Shown: one piece after another, positions 50,627 to 63,022 of the stretch | Numbering within the stretch: position 1 is the stretch's first letter | Layout: every line of letters begins with the position of its first letter | Source: Lophium mytilinum | Lineage: Eukaryota | Assembly (NCBI GenBank): GCA_010093605.1 | Contig: MU004185.1 | Location: 1,199,334 to 1,263,333 of the forward strand | Direction of reading: 5' to 3' | DNA length: 64,000 bases | The notes under the pieces: generated by a model | Told to the model about the DNA's origin: nothing | The model's database searches: none | Seen by the model: the letters and a program-made list of their open reading frames with translations, nothing else | Program-made: the position numbers and the translations under genes

Positions 50627-51754
50627 TCATAGCATCCCATACCTCCCCACCAGACTGACCTTCTCTCCTCTCTCCACCTCAAATCCTCCCTGGCCAAAGC
50701 TCACCCCTAAAACCACCGGTAGCACCACCGGCCGCCGAAACCCGACTTCCATCCACCATGGCTTCTCCTTTTGCCAAACCACACTTCCCATCGCTTCATC
50801 AACCCCATCATCCCGCATCATCTGAATCACACACGCAACAATATGATTCCCATGCGCAATCCTCCCCGGGAATCCAAACAGCCGCGCTGCGACCGAAGAA
50901 ACATGGATCGGATTCACATCCTTACACACCGCTGCCCAAGCAGTAGGAGCGTTGTACGCAAGTTTGAGTTCCCTCGAACTTGATCTCGCAAGCCCAGATT
51001 CAGGACCCGAGAAAGGAATCGTTGATGACCCTTGTTTCAAAGATGCTTGAGGCGATTGCTGAAAGGGGAGAGTAGTTCTCGGAAGCAGCGCTAGGATACT
51101 AATCACCTGCCTAAACACAACCGTGCTCTCTGAAACAACTTCGACGATGATGGAGAACTCGATTCCCCGCTTGACACGCCGGCCGGGGAAGTCGGGCCCA
51201 CCCAATCGGGCCGTGACACGAGAGTTTGGGAGAGAGAGCACGGCGCGGCAGGCGGCGGGGTCGAGGAACTCGAATCTGTTTCCTGTGTTGACGGCGCCGA
51301 AGGGCAGGACGGGGTTGGCGCGGTGCGCGAGGAGAATGAGGAGGAGGGGGGTTGTGGCGGCTGCTAGCAGGAGCGGAGAGTTTATCTTAGCTTCATGGGT
51401 GTTGGGTGAGAGGTTGGTGGTGCGTTGCACCGCTGCGTCGAACTTTTGCAGGTCGGAGGTGGAGAGGTTGAGGGGTGCTGAGACGGTGAGGGGTGGGAGT
51501 GCGATGTCCCCGTTTTCAGTTGTGGACGGGTGGAAGGGTGGGTGGAGGCCTATAAGCTTGTTGAGGTATTTGAGAAGGACAAGGAGGATGAGGATAGTGG
51601 TATCGAGGGGGGTGAGGCGAGTGGGGGTGAAGGAGAGTTTGGCGGTTGGAGAAGTGGTCGCGTGGAGGAGGTTAGAGGTGTGGGAAGGTAAGATGAATAG
51701 TGCTAGAGCTAGAAGGGCTACGGAAGCTGTTGATACCAGGATTAGGGAAAACAT
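50627..51754 (-). CDS. MaoC-like (hotdog-fold) dehydratase/hydratase with a hydrophobic N-terminus
   Basis: Intronless 375-aa ORF containing the hydratase-2 motif WAAVCKDVNPIHVS..AARLFGFPGRIAHG and FRRPVVLP. Confidence 0.75.
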   Translation of the reverse strand: MFSLILVSTASVALLALALFILPSHTSNLLHATTSPTAKLSFTPTRLTPLDTTILILLVLLKYLNKLIGLHPPFHPSTTENGDIALPPLTVSAPLNLSTSDLQKFDAAVQRTTNLSPNTHEAKINSPLLLAAATTPLLLILLAHRANPVLPFGAVNTGNRFEFLDPAACRAVLSLPNSRVTARLGGPDFPGRRVKRGIEFSIIVEVVSESTVVFRQVISILALLPRTTLPFQQSPQASLKQGSSTIPFSGPESGLARSSSRELKLAYNAPTAWAAVCKDVNPIHVSSVAARLFGFPGRIAHGNHIVACVIQMMRDDGVDEAMGSVVWQKEKPWWMEVGFRRPVVLPVVLGVSFGQGGFEVERGEKVSLVGRYGML

Positions 51755-53363
51755 AATAGAATCTGCCGCCCTGAGAATTCTTTGCGCAGTTTCTGAAGTT
51801 CTGATGATATTGACTCTGGTGCCGAGGTCTATGGTAGAAATTGGTTTATGGTAGAATATGACGTAGTAAGCATTGAAACACGGCTTACTAATTCAAGCTA
51901 GAAGCTTTCTAGATCATAGTGTCTAGCATACCTGGGTCTTTGCCTTTTGAAATGAGAAGCGATACAGTGCTACACTACTACCTTCTAAAGAATGAACTTG
52001 ACCAATAGAACATACCCAATACCCAAGAGTATTACACTGAAAGGCATCTAGTAGGTGAGTGGCGAAGCTTGAAAGGAAACTTTAGAACATGAAAAGCGAG
52101 TCGCGGAACTTTGCTTGAGATAAATGCTATCGCACGGTCTATCATGAAGAGAATGTTGAGTGGTTCCGGGGTAGGAATAAGACATAACTTGATATGGTAT
52201 TCTAGGACCTAAAAGTCCCCATTGGCGGGCTCCAAGAGGCAGATTTCCGAGACTCTAAACAAGTCTCGTCTCAGGCTTACAGGCTCTACGACTGTGCGAC
52301 TGGAAGCCAAATCATGAGAAAGGTAATAAGAATGCAACCAGCTCCACTTTGGTATGAGCGTGATCATAGGTAGCTGACCGCATCTGCAGTACTGCTCGAG
52401 ACCCTTGATCCCCGAGAGGCGCAATATATGTACAGACGTCGTCCGACTATAAGACGACTATGTTTTAGTTTCGTTAGTGTAGGATGGCCTTCCGGTCAGA
52501 AAACCAATATAACCCTGCCGCCCAACTCCACACTCGAGCGACATTTGATCCTCGGCGTCGCGCTTGTCATACCAATCCTCTTCCCTCGATCGCGGTAATT
52601 CCCGCGCCAAGAGATCTCATGCTCAGACGCGCCATCCAATGGAGAACGCAGCTCATTCCAAATGTTCCTTCAATCCGCGGCCCAATCCGCATCGCGAAAA
52701 CCCTACGGACAGCGCAGTGGGGATACCCTCGGCACGGCTCGCGCGGGAACCGGGTCAGTCGGATGACAGGCATTGCCAAAGCCATATTGGCACAGTAGTC
52801 TGAAGTCTAGTGAAATCAGCATGCCGCTCCCTTGCAGTCTTCGGAAGGGGCGCCAGGGCGCTCGAGTGGAGGAACCCCAGACATGCGTCGATAGTCGCGG
52901 TTGCGCATTCAGGCCTAACCCTGCTGGGCCTTTTTCCTGAAAGTGGGAAGTGTGATTCGCGTTGGCGAAGTCAAAAGATGCGCTTTTGCTTTTTGCTGAG
53001 TAGACGTTGCGCTCGGCGGAAGGACGCGCGGGCATGATGCAGTACGCGCAGGGGATATTCCCGTATCAAGGAAGATGACAGTACCGGTAGGCCTCTTGAT
53101 TAGCATGCTCAAGTAATACTGGAACGCCACATAAAAGTAGCCGCTTAAGCGACCTAATAGAAGTAGGCCTAGTAGAAGCTTACGGCTCCTTCACCAAGAA
53201 CATGCTATTATTGTACTGCTAGAAATGCAAAGTATTTCCAGAGAAAGACCAATAGAGCCTCGATCATAGGCTCTTGGTTGTACCCTACCACACAAGCTAG
53301 CTTGTATGGATATTAAGGCTTCTTTCTCGATCCTACCTTATTTTCAGATTCACCTGAAGAGCA

Positions 53364-55404
53364 TTACGCTATTCGGATACTTTTAGTCTCGACATCAGCA
53401 AACCATGAGCTTGTAAAGATGCATCCTGCTCCAACTCTTTCGTAGCAGTCACCAATAGGATCACCTGCCTGCAAGATCAATACTTTATAAAAGAAGAACC
53501 TTCCTTCATCGTAATCACCGACGTAATCCTGAACAAGAGCAAAGCATAAGAGCGGTTTTGTAGGAACTTCCCTAGCGTCAAGAACGCACCAACCTATGCC
53601 TTCTTCGGCTTCAGATCTGATGTCATATAAGGGTCCCCTGTATATTCGCTCGGTGTACGTACTGAACGCATTTCGAGACCACTGGTCTGTAGTCTTTGCG
53701 AGAGCAGGGACAACTTTCAGAAGACCACTCAGACACAGGTACCGGTTGTCCTCCAAGGTAGATGTGCCACAAAGTTTCCGCGAAAGAGGCTTAGTACGCG
53801 GCCAACCTCCTCCCTCCATGTCGAAGGGCAGGAAACGGACGGCTCCCATTCTAGATGCCCAAGACCATGATGGTACGTCCGCAACGTGTATCTTCCCGAG
53901 TTTTGACCGTGCAAACCAGAAAAGCTGGTCCGGAATGTCCCCAGACCACAAGCCAAACCAATACTTGTCCGGTCGAGTTTTCGAAATCTCACTCGCCAAT
54001 CCTTCTAGCGCAATTAGTTTGTCCTGGACAAGTGTGAGTTCTCGATTTGAGTATTCTTCGACTATGGCTGCCCATGTATTGTTTCGCGCGCGGATCGGGA
54101 TGAAGCGACCAGTTTCCGTTTGCGTAAGTGTCTTGCACGACCAGATCATACTGTCCCGCATGTAGTGTATTATTCGTCGCGACAGTATCCATTCTTGAGT
54201 TGCCCAGGCCCTAGTGTTCAAAACGCTAGAATCAGGACCACCAGTCGTCTCCTTTGGCAATATGAAAAAGCTTCCTCCACGAGCATCTTCCTTTGTGGGA
54301 AAGGGCACTTCCATGGCTTGAGAAGTTTTATCCCGATTCAAGAAGCAGCCCTCTGTTGAGTCTCCGGCGCCTGAAGCAGCGATGGTGAGGATAGCATTTT
54401 CATAAATGTATCCCATCGAGGAAGATTCGGTTTTCCAATCTTCAAGGTCATCCTGGACGATGCATAAAGAATCGATCCATATAAACTCAACACCGAGCAT
54501 ATAGGCGATCTTTATAGCGTCTCGAAATGTTTGCGGCAAAGAAGGCCAAGGAATACAATCACGATGCGCATGGAGATTTCCCTTCGTCGTTTTCAAAGGA
54601 TGTCGCCTCGAAGGACCCCAGCAGTGGCTAAGGGCAACCCATCGTCCTCGCATCCCCTCAGACTCAACGAGGCTTGTATTGAAAATCATCCGACGGTGTG
54701 ATTCGCCCTGTTGCACGCTACAGATTTGAATGATGCGTGACGGCAAGTGGGGCATTTCTGACTGCTCAGTTTCTGAAAGATTCGTTCCGCACAGTGTCTG
54801 TCGGCATCTCTTATGCTCCAATAGGCAGGTCTTTAGCCATCCTTTAGAAAGCTGAAATGCGTCCTTGCAGTCGCTGCTATTCAAAGCCAAACCTTCAGGT
54901 ACTGAAGCGGATAGCGATGCTGCACTACCTTAAAAGCTTAATTAGATTATGACAATGATGAAGTGGGCTTAGAAGGCAAGACTATACAGTATGTGCATCT
55001 TAGATGTACTCACCAGGAAGACCGAATGCCTGCAAAGATATTGCCACAGGCGGAGTCAAATTTGAGTGGGTCCAAGTCACAAATCCGGTCATCTTGGGGC
55101 TTCTCACATCTTTAGGAATATTCTGGTTTTGCTCGACATGAAAGGTCTGCCACCACTCTACGGTTTGAAGAAGATCGTGTACCTCCTGAGAGCTCTTGGG
55201 ACCGGCATTTTGCGCTTGCAGTCTTGCGCTTACAGCATTCAAAACTAGCGAGCAGAATGAACACGTTGGAGCGGACATCAACAAATCTGGAGCCCGAAAT
55301 TCAAGGAGCTTTCTTCTATCATCATATAAAGCGGCATGACTCTGAAAAACGCGAGTTGGTATTCTGCAACACGTCTCGCAGAGTGATGTTCTATTGGCAG
55401 TCAT
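53364..55404 (-). CDS. HET-domain protein (TOL-like type with Cys-rich N-terminus), 2 exons, ~651 aa
   Basis: Intron 55013-54929. Motifs: LCETC...CSFCSL, WLKTCLLEHKRC, WVALSHCWG, LPQTFRDAI, IWIDSLCIVQDD, MGYIYENAILTIAA, LNTRAWATQE, YSNRELT..DKLIAL, PSWSWAS. Confidence 0.92.
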
Positions 55405-56572
55405 AATCGTTTGATCTCGCAATACAGTGGAATTGAAATTTCGATCGCGAATTTCGAACAGTAGAGCGGTAGGAGCTGGAAGGCGGGTTTGGGCTTGGTG
55501 GGGCCGTCACTTGTGAAACTGATCTCTTTCCTTGGCACAATAAGGTAAAAATACCGTACCTTAACTTTCTAAGGCTGTCCTATCACGGTGTTTGGCGTGG
55601 AAAAGAACTCCGGTCCTTGGGAGACGCGCAGGACAGGGTATGGCGAAGGAGCACGATCAGGTGACGGCGTTGGGCTCGAATGAGGCGCTGAGCTGCAGAA
55701 CATCCCTGGGTTATTTGCTGGGGTGGAAGGGATCTGGGGAGGCCTGCCTTGCGTCGGCGAGTCCGGTGGCTGACGAGGCTGCAGAAAAGGTGAGGAGTTC
55801 CAAGGTCGTGCAACGGTTTCCGCGTCGACAGGGAGGGCTGTCGGTAGTCTGGTGGTTGGAAGCTGTCAGTGGCGGGTAATTGCAGAGTTAGATGAAGAGC
55901 CGGATAGGGAAGTCGGCGTTGCGGGGGATTATTTGAGTCTGATCACGGAGAGTCTGACTGGAGAGATGATGTCCGTGTTGAGCGCGTCTGTGGGACTACG
56001 GACGGGAGGACGAGAGAAATGAGGAGGGAGTCGATAAACCGGCCGTGCTGGGTATCCACAAGTCCATTCACAGTTGGTGAGTGAGATCACGTGATGGATA
56101 TCCTTCCGGATGAGAGCCTTTCAGATACCGCTGAATAGGTGTAAATGGCGCACCTACTCCGAAGTGATTGCTTGAACTATGCGTCTAGTTTTCCTTGGGG
56201 CATTAGGGATATCCTCTCATCTCGTTCAATTGAGAATCAAAACACTTCTGAGTCTGCGGACTCCCTACAAAGGTATAGCAGACGACGAAAAATGAACGGG
56301 AGAGTCGGCTCTTGTGCTCCGCGGGCGCCCAAATGCCCGGCTTTGCTTTCGTCTTTGCTTTTCAGGCCGCCGGAGGGTGACGGTCTGGGGACAGAGCCCG
56401 AGGCACACATGGATGTGCTGCCAGCCGTGCAACGAGCACGGGGCGGGCGAACCAGCATGCTGGGAATCGTGTTTGCAGCGGGGCTGGCGGCATAGATTTT
56501 GTCATCATTTTAAGCTGGGCGAAACTCGCGATAGCCTCCATGGTGTCGCAGAACGCTTCGACCGTCCCTCTG

Positions 56573-59500
56573 GGGCGATAATAGTCTACAATGAGTGCAT
56601 ATCACCCCTATATAGTCTTTAATGTGTATAAAACACTATAGAGACGCCCAATTGCTTAGCCTATACTAATTAAGGCCTAAAAGCTAGTAAATAGGCCCCT
56701 TTAAGTATTAGCTCTGCGTCTATATATCTCTAGGGCGTTTTTACGCATTATATAACTATATATAGGCCGCTAATATAGTATTAAGGCCTACTACTTATAT
56801 ACAGGCCTATATATAATATAGCTATAGCTTATTATACTACTAGTTCTATTACTAGCTTTCTTATAAGCTTTAGCCTATAAGTAGGCTTCTAGCTGCTTAT
56901 TTCTAATAGAGAGGCGCCTCTAAGGCTCTTCTAGAGGCGCTTAATAAGCGCTAAACTACCTAAATTAGTAATAGATATATATATTAAGCTATTAAGAATA
57001 TAGGTAAGCTACTATAGATATAGAAAGCTATAGAGAAGTAGATTTAATAGCTTTATAGGCCTTATCTATTTAGAAGAGCTATAGACTAACTTTTATAGTA
57101 GCTATACTAAGAATTTATCTACTTATCTTTCTATATTATATTAGTAATAAAAAAGTAATAAAAAATTAATAGATTTTAATACTATAAAGCTATAGAAACT
57201 TACTATATAAAGGCTCTTTCTATGCCTTTTTAAAGGCCTTATTACTATTAATTTATTCTTTTCTATAGCCTTGCTATTATCTAATAGCCTTACTATTATC
57301 TAATAGCCTTACTATTATTCTATAGTCTTACTATTCTTATTACTATAGAGTCTATTAGTATTCTAACTGCGGGTAATAAGTATAAGCTCTTTAAGAATAT
57401 TAAAGCGCTCTATAAAGATATTATAATAGCTAAGAGCTAGGCTCTTAAGGTTAGTATTAGCTAGAAGAACTTTATAGACCTTAGGTATTATACTATAGTT
57501 TTATATAAGTAGTAATTAACTACTATAAGGGTAAAGAATAGTTCTATTATAGTATAAAAGGTTAGTTTAATTAATAGAGACGTTAGCGCAGTACTTACCT
57601 TAGTAGTTAGGTAATTAATTAGTATAACTATATAGGCGCAGCGCCTACTATAAGGGCTCTATTCTTATATATAAAGTACTTAGTATAGTATATACCTTAA
57701 TTTCTTAAGGTAACTAGAATAATACCGCCTAAGGTAATTACCTTAATTATAGCCCTTTATCTTAGAGAAAAGATAGAGCTCTAGTAGGCGCGCTATATAA
57801 AGAGGGCGCTTCTTAGTAATAATACTTAAATAAGTGTAGAGAACTATACTAAGATACCTAAGTACCTATAGCGCCTTAAGGCGGTAAATTCTAGTACTAT
57901 AACTAACCTCTATATTATTAATAACTAGTTCTACCGCGTCTTTATATATCTAGAGGAGAGTAGATAGTTTCTCTAGTATAGTAGCCTACTATAGATTAGC
58001 CTTAATAGTACTTATTAGCGTAATAGCTTTAAAGATATTATCCTAATTACTATTAGTTAAGATATAAATAATAGGCTCTATTCTCTAGCCTAGGTAGTTA
58101 TAGAGAGTAAAAGTATAGATATATAGATATAGTTTATAAAGCTATTAATAAAGGCTCTACCTATATTAAATAAGGCGTTATTTATACTAACTATCTACTT
58201 ATAAGTTTAATTTTTATTATTTATTAATAATTTTTAAGTAGACATCTATATATTTATTTATAGCGGGGATATTAAGTTAAAATATATTAATTTTAGTAAG
58301 AAATTATATAGTTTATATATAAGGTCCTATTATAATAAATAATATATAGATATAACTAAAAATTATAATAGCCCCCTTTTAATTTCTATACCCCTCTTTA
58401 TAATAGCGCCTATACCTCTTAATTTCCTTCTATATACTCTATAATACTATAGTTAATTTCTATACTAAATTTTATAGTCTCTATAACTATACTATTCTTA
58501 TTAATAGATTCTTTAAATATCTACCTACTTATACTATTTTTTTTATAGAGATTATAATAAAGGCCTCTAATATACTATTAATAGCTAGATTCCCTTTAAG
58601 CACGCAGTATACTACTACTAGCACCTAGCTAAGAATATTAAGAAGCGCTTTAGAGTCTTTACTAGCTATTAATTCTATTCTCTTACCTATACTATAGATA
58701 ATATTATAATTAAGTATACTATATAGAGAATAGAGTTCTTAGTAGATAGCTTTAGTATAAGGACCTATCTATATATATTAGACTTATAAAAATAGCTAGT
58801 AAGAGATACTAAGGCGCGCAGGTTTAGGGTAATTACTAGCGGCGTTAATAAGTCCTTTAATAGAGTTATTTAAGAGTAGAGAGAGTAGTCTACTCTCTTT
58901 CTTCTCTACTATCTATAGCACCTTATAATTAAGTACTGCGCCGCGTAATAGCTTAAGGCTAGCAGGTTAATAAAGGTGTAGAGGTAGCTATTTAACTATA
59001 ATTATCTAGAATAGCTTATACCCTATATATATTATAATTCTTAGTACTTTCTTATAGTAATTTCTAATAGCTTTTAGGGCCTAGAGCTTCTATATAAGAA
59101 TTAAAAGCTAGCTTATATATATATTATTTAAATAAATACACTTACTAATATTAACGCCCTTATAGCCTGCGCTTATATAGGCTACTACTACTTTAATAAA
59201 GTATATATTATATACCTTAATAAGCGCTGCTATATCTATAGTAACTTCTAGAACTATTAGTTTTCTTATAAATATACTATAGCTATTATTATAAGGCTAG
59301 GCTTAGCTAGCGTTTTCTATATAGATTTCTATTAACTTTATAAGTAGTAGAAGAGCTATAGGCCTCTTAAGAATAATAGGCTACTATATAACTATTATAG
59401 AGGCTCTAGCTATATATAGCCTATAAGAATTAATAATATTTTTCTATCTAATAACTACCTAGCGCCTATATATAAGGTAACCTATAAAGTATTATAAAAG

Positions 59501-60040
59501 AAGTAGAAATAAATAGATAATTAACTATCTAATACTAGATTAGGCTAGTAGTATAGTGTATGCAGGTTTTCTAGTTATAATAAGGCTAATAAAAGAGTAT
59601 ATAGAGGCTATCTAGAGATTTAAAATAAAAAATTATTAAAATTAGATAATTTTTAGTAGAGAAATTAGGCTTTATATATTTCTATCTATTTAAATACTAA
59701 TTCTTAGAAATAGAGGCCCTTTTAGCTAGTTTCTATACTATTTTCCCTTAGTTAGAGTATATAAAGCTAATTTTCTTAATTTTCTTAATTTTCTATAGTT
59801 CTAGAGGTGCGGCTATTATATATAGGCCTTAATACTATATTAGCGGCCTATATATAGTTATATAATATATAAAAACGCCCTAGAGATATATAGACGCGGA
59901 GCTAATACTTAAAGGGGCCTATTTACTAGCTTTTAGGCCTTAATTAGCATAGGCTAAGTAATTAGGTGTCTCTATAGTGTTTTGTATATATTAAAGACTA
60001 TACAGGGGTGATATGCACTCATTGTAGACTATTGTCGCCC
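56573..60040. mobile_element. RIP-inactivated class II DNA transposon (~3.47 kb) with 218 bp TIRs; Mutator-like by TIR and TSD length (tentative)
   Basis: TIRs at 56573-56790 and 59823-60040 (GGGCGAYAATAGTCTACAATGAGTGCATATCACCCC...). CCCTCTGGGG occurs at both junctions (56566-56575 and 60038-60047). The interior is extremely AT- and TpA-rich with no ORF of 60 aa or more. Confidence 0.92.
57262..57337. repeat. 19-nt tandem repeat x4 inside the transposon
   Basis: tctatagccttgctattat / ctaatagccttactattat / ctaatagccttactattat / tctatagtcttactattct. Confidence 0.8.
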
Positions 60041-61039
60041 TCTGGGGACGTTGCAGGACGTGACAGGACGACAGCGGTACCTGGCGCCTCGCGGAGCCAG
60101 TTGATTCGGGCCACCGTTCCCACGACTCCAACGGCGGCCTGGTAATGGATGATCTGCAGCGAAGCTCGGCTGTGACGCCTGAGAGAGGTCCGGCTGTATT
60201 CTGTGCATGAGGATCGAGCTTGGACGCGTCCGGGATGGAGAGCTTGGGGGCCTCTTCTCGCCTCCGATTATTGAGCGCTGCATGATCGGCGTGCAGCCCT
60301 CGCTCTTCTGTTGGAGAGGGCGCCGTGCAGCTTCACGCGCTGACGTCGAGGGTCAGCGTGAAACGAAGCCGCGACAGCACGGCAGCCAATGATGCCTCAG
60401 CGCCCCGTCTGGGCTGGGAGAAGCGTAGTGAAAGGCCCTGGCGCCGTCGCGCGTGAGGAGAGTGCACATCTCTGTAGGCGCTGGCGATGTACCTCGTGGC
60501 CCGTACTCCGTGTGACTGTGACGGGCGGAGAGAGTGGCTATCGCGTCGGCGGGAGATGAGGTCACAGACACAGACAGCCGATTCAAGGCGCGCAAAACGA
60601 GAGGGACACGCGGAGAGGTTGCAATTCTCAATCCTCGTCTCTCTCTGTTGCCAACCTCAAGGCAGCAGCAGCAGAGTCGGCAACGCTAGCCGGCGCGACT
60701 CGGATGCCGACGCAGCTGTTTCGGGGGCTGGGCGTGGACTCGGCAGCGTCGGGATGGGAGGTGGCAGGAGCCGGGTGGGGAAGGGACGCCCGCAGCCACG
60801 AAGCCAGCACGGCCAGGTTGCAAATTGAGGGCGCCGTAGCCAATCCCTTTGCCGCCCAGCGAATTCTCACGCAGCACGCCCGCGAACTGGCCCACGAGAG
60901 CGAAAATCCCGGCGTGCCCAGCTGTGATTGCTCGCACGCTGCAAATTGCACGTCCCGTGGGAAACCTTGAAGGCCCTGGGAGAGTGCGGCTCAAAACCCA
61001 TCGGGCTCGGCCTCTCTGACGCCGCCCTGCCCAGCTCGT

Positions 61040-63022
61040 GTCCATCCACTCAGCACTCCACTGCCGGCATCGAGCGCACTCGACACGTCAGGCCCTGTCC
61101 TCACCGCCAGCATCATCGATTCCAGCCCTTCCCGCCGGCCCACGCATACTGCAGCACCTCGCCCTCCTCGCCCCAGCCGCCTGCAGACGCGCTCACAGCT
61201 GCTGTCCGTCTGCTGCTCACTGCTGCCACGGCTGCCACACTGCGACAGTAGCTCGTCTGCACACGGCCTCTTCTGCGCAACCTAAAGCGCTTCTTCTGGC
61301 TGGCCGCACGCTGAGCTTTTCCCACCTTTTCCCAGGCACGGACGGCAGCCATAGGGCGGAGCAGCGGGCTTTCAGCGCTGGCGGTCGAATAAAATCCCTA
61401 GTCGCCTCGCTCCCACACCCAATCCACTCTCTGTCTCCTTCACCCACCAACCATCTCGACGCCCAATCACCCTGCACCACCACGGCGCAGCTATCGACGT
61501 TATCACGAGTCTGCACCACGACGGCCTCGTGGAGCACAAGGGCCCCCAAGCCACCCACAGCGCGGCCAGGTAAGACAGGCTAAGGCCCCAGAGCGAATCC
61601 CACGACCAACGCGCGCCCTCACCACCACAAAATCTCGTGACCGACGTTGCCTGCGGTCCCAGATTTCTCGGTACGTCCTCCAACAGCTGCTGTCCACTCA
61701 TCCCCAAGCAGACGCGCTCCTCACGGCGCGCGCTCAGCGACCGCCAGCCGCCATGCACGGCCGCTGCGAGGGCCGTCGGCGCAGCGCAGTCATGGCATCT
61801 GCGCTGAGCACATCGCACTTCGCACCTCAGCAGCACCTCACCTCCGCACGGCTAACATGCGCAGACTCGCGACACACAGCGCCGGCCCGTGAACTGCAAC
61901 TGCCTCCGCTGCCACTTTGTTCCGCCCACGGCGCGACTCCGCCAGCCTGACCAGCGACAGCCGCGGGTAGACTATCGCCCGAACACCCTCAGCAGTCCAA
62001 CGTCACCTCGCGACGGCACCGCAAGACTCGCAGCTGCGACGTGGAGCGCGCGCTGATTAAGACGGTAAGGGCTCCTCGTCTCGTTGGGCATGCATGAACC
62101 TGCATTGCCAGCGCATCGCTCCAATCGCCCGCCCGCCAGCACATGCCCACCCTCTCTGCCTCCTCCAATTGCTCTCACGCGCGACTAGCTAACAAACCAC
62201 GGCCGCCAGAATCCACCCAGCAATTGCCTGCGCATACCCAGCGACTCTCCGCACACGGTCCCCACACGGCGCGGCCCTCGCTCCGCCCGCATTGAGCCCG
62301 CTGCCCTCGAAGCCCGCCCGTTGAAGCGCACCGTACCGCACCGCACCGCCGCACGAGCTGCGCGCCTGCTGCACCAAGCACCCCAAGCGCCGTGCTGAGG
62401 CTGCTTCGCGCACATCCCCGATCCCGCCTCATCAGCGTGGCCATTGACAACGCATCGAGCATCAGATTGCCGTGACGTGACCCCAGCTCGCCGCAGCAAG
62501 CCCTGATATCCCGACCCGCCCGACATCACCACGCGCCAGCAAACAAGGCCATTATCGAGGCAGCTTCATAATCCGACGACGGACCGAAGGCCAAAGAGAC
62601 AGTGCCGTATCAGTTTCCGCGCAAAGACTCTCCAGCTGCTCCCTCCAGGTATGTATTGGCTGTCCGCGCCCTCTAGCCGAATCACTTATTGGACCTTGCT
62701 GATCTGACCTGCCCTTCAGGCTGCACTGCTCCGCCACTAGCTGCGCTGCTCGACTCACGCCGCGCCCCCCAGCATCCTCCGCCGTCCGTTCGCGACCTTT
62801 GCGATACCGCGCCTCCCAATCGCCTCCTCCGACTGCCATACTCGGGCCTGACTCGCTGACGCGACATCACCGGTGGCGGCCGTCTAGACCAAGCGAGCAA
62901 GACCTGTCTGTGCTCTATAGTGGCGTTTCTGGGGTAATACCTAGTGGCACGACTCTCACGTCGCGTACTTCCACCTTGTCTTTGTGCCCTCTCAGGTATC
63001 TTGTACCTAGGAGACCGCAGAC
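61040..63022 (+). promoter_or_regulatory. Putative long, GC-rich, multi-intron 5' leader of hapB
   Basis: Donor/branch/acceptor sets at 61570 (or 61671)-61864, 62065-62209 and 62649-62719. The exonic parts lack ATG. The transcription start is unknown. Confidence 0.55.

Noticed and set aside
51123..51854. 243-aa + strand ORF
   Set aside because: It is antisense to the MaoC-like gene and has low-complexity Arg-rich composition.
52480..53040. Coding-like GC-rich stretch with interrupted frames
   Set aside because: It may be a pseudogene, but no family is recognisable without a search.
55570..55900. Pro/Ser-rich open frame upstream of the third HET gene as an extra coding exon
   Set aside because: It ends in a stop before the nearby donor site and does not splice in frame to the HET ATG.
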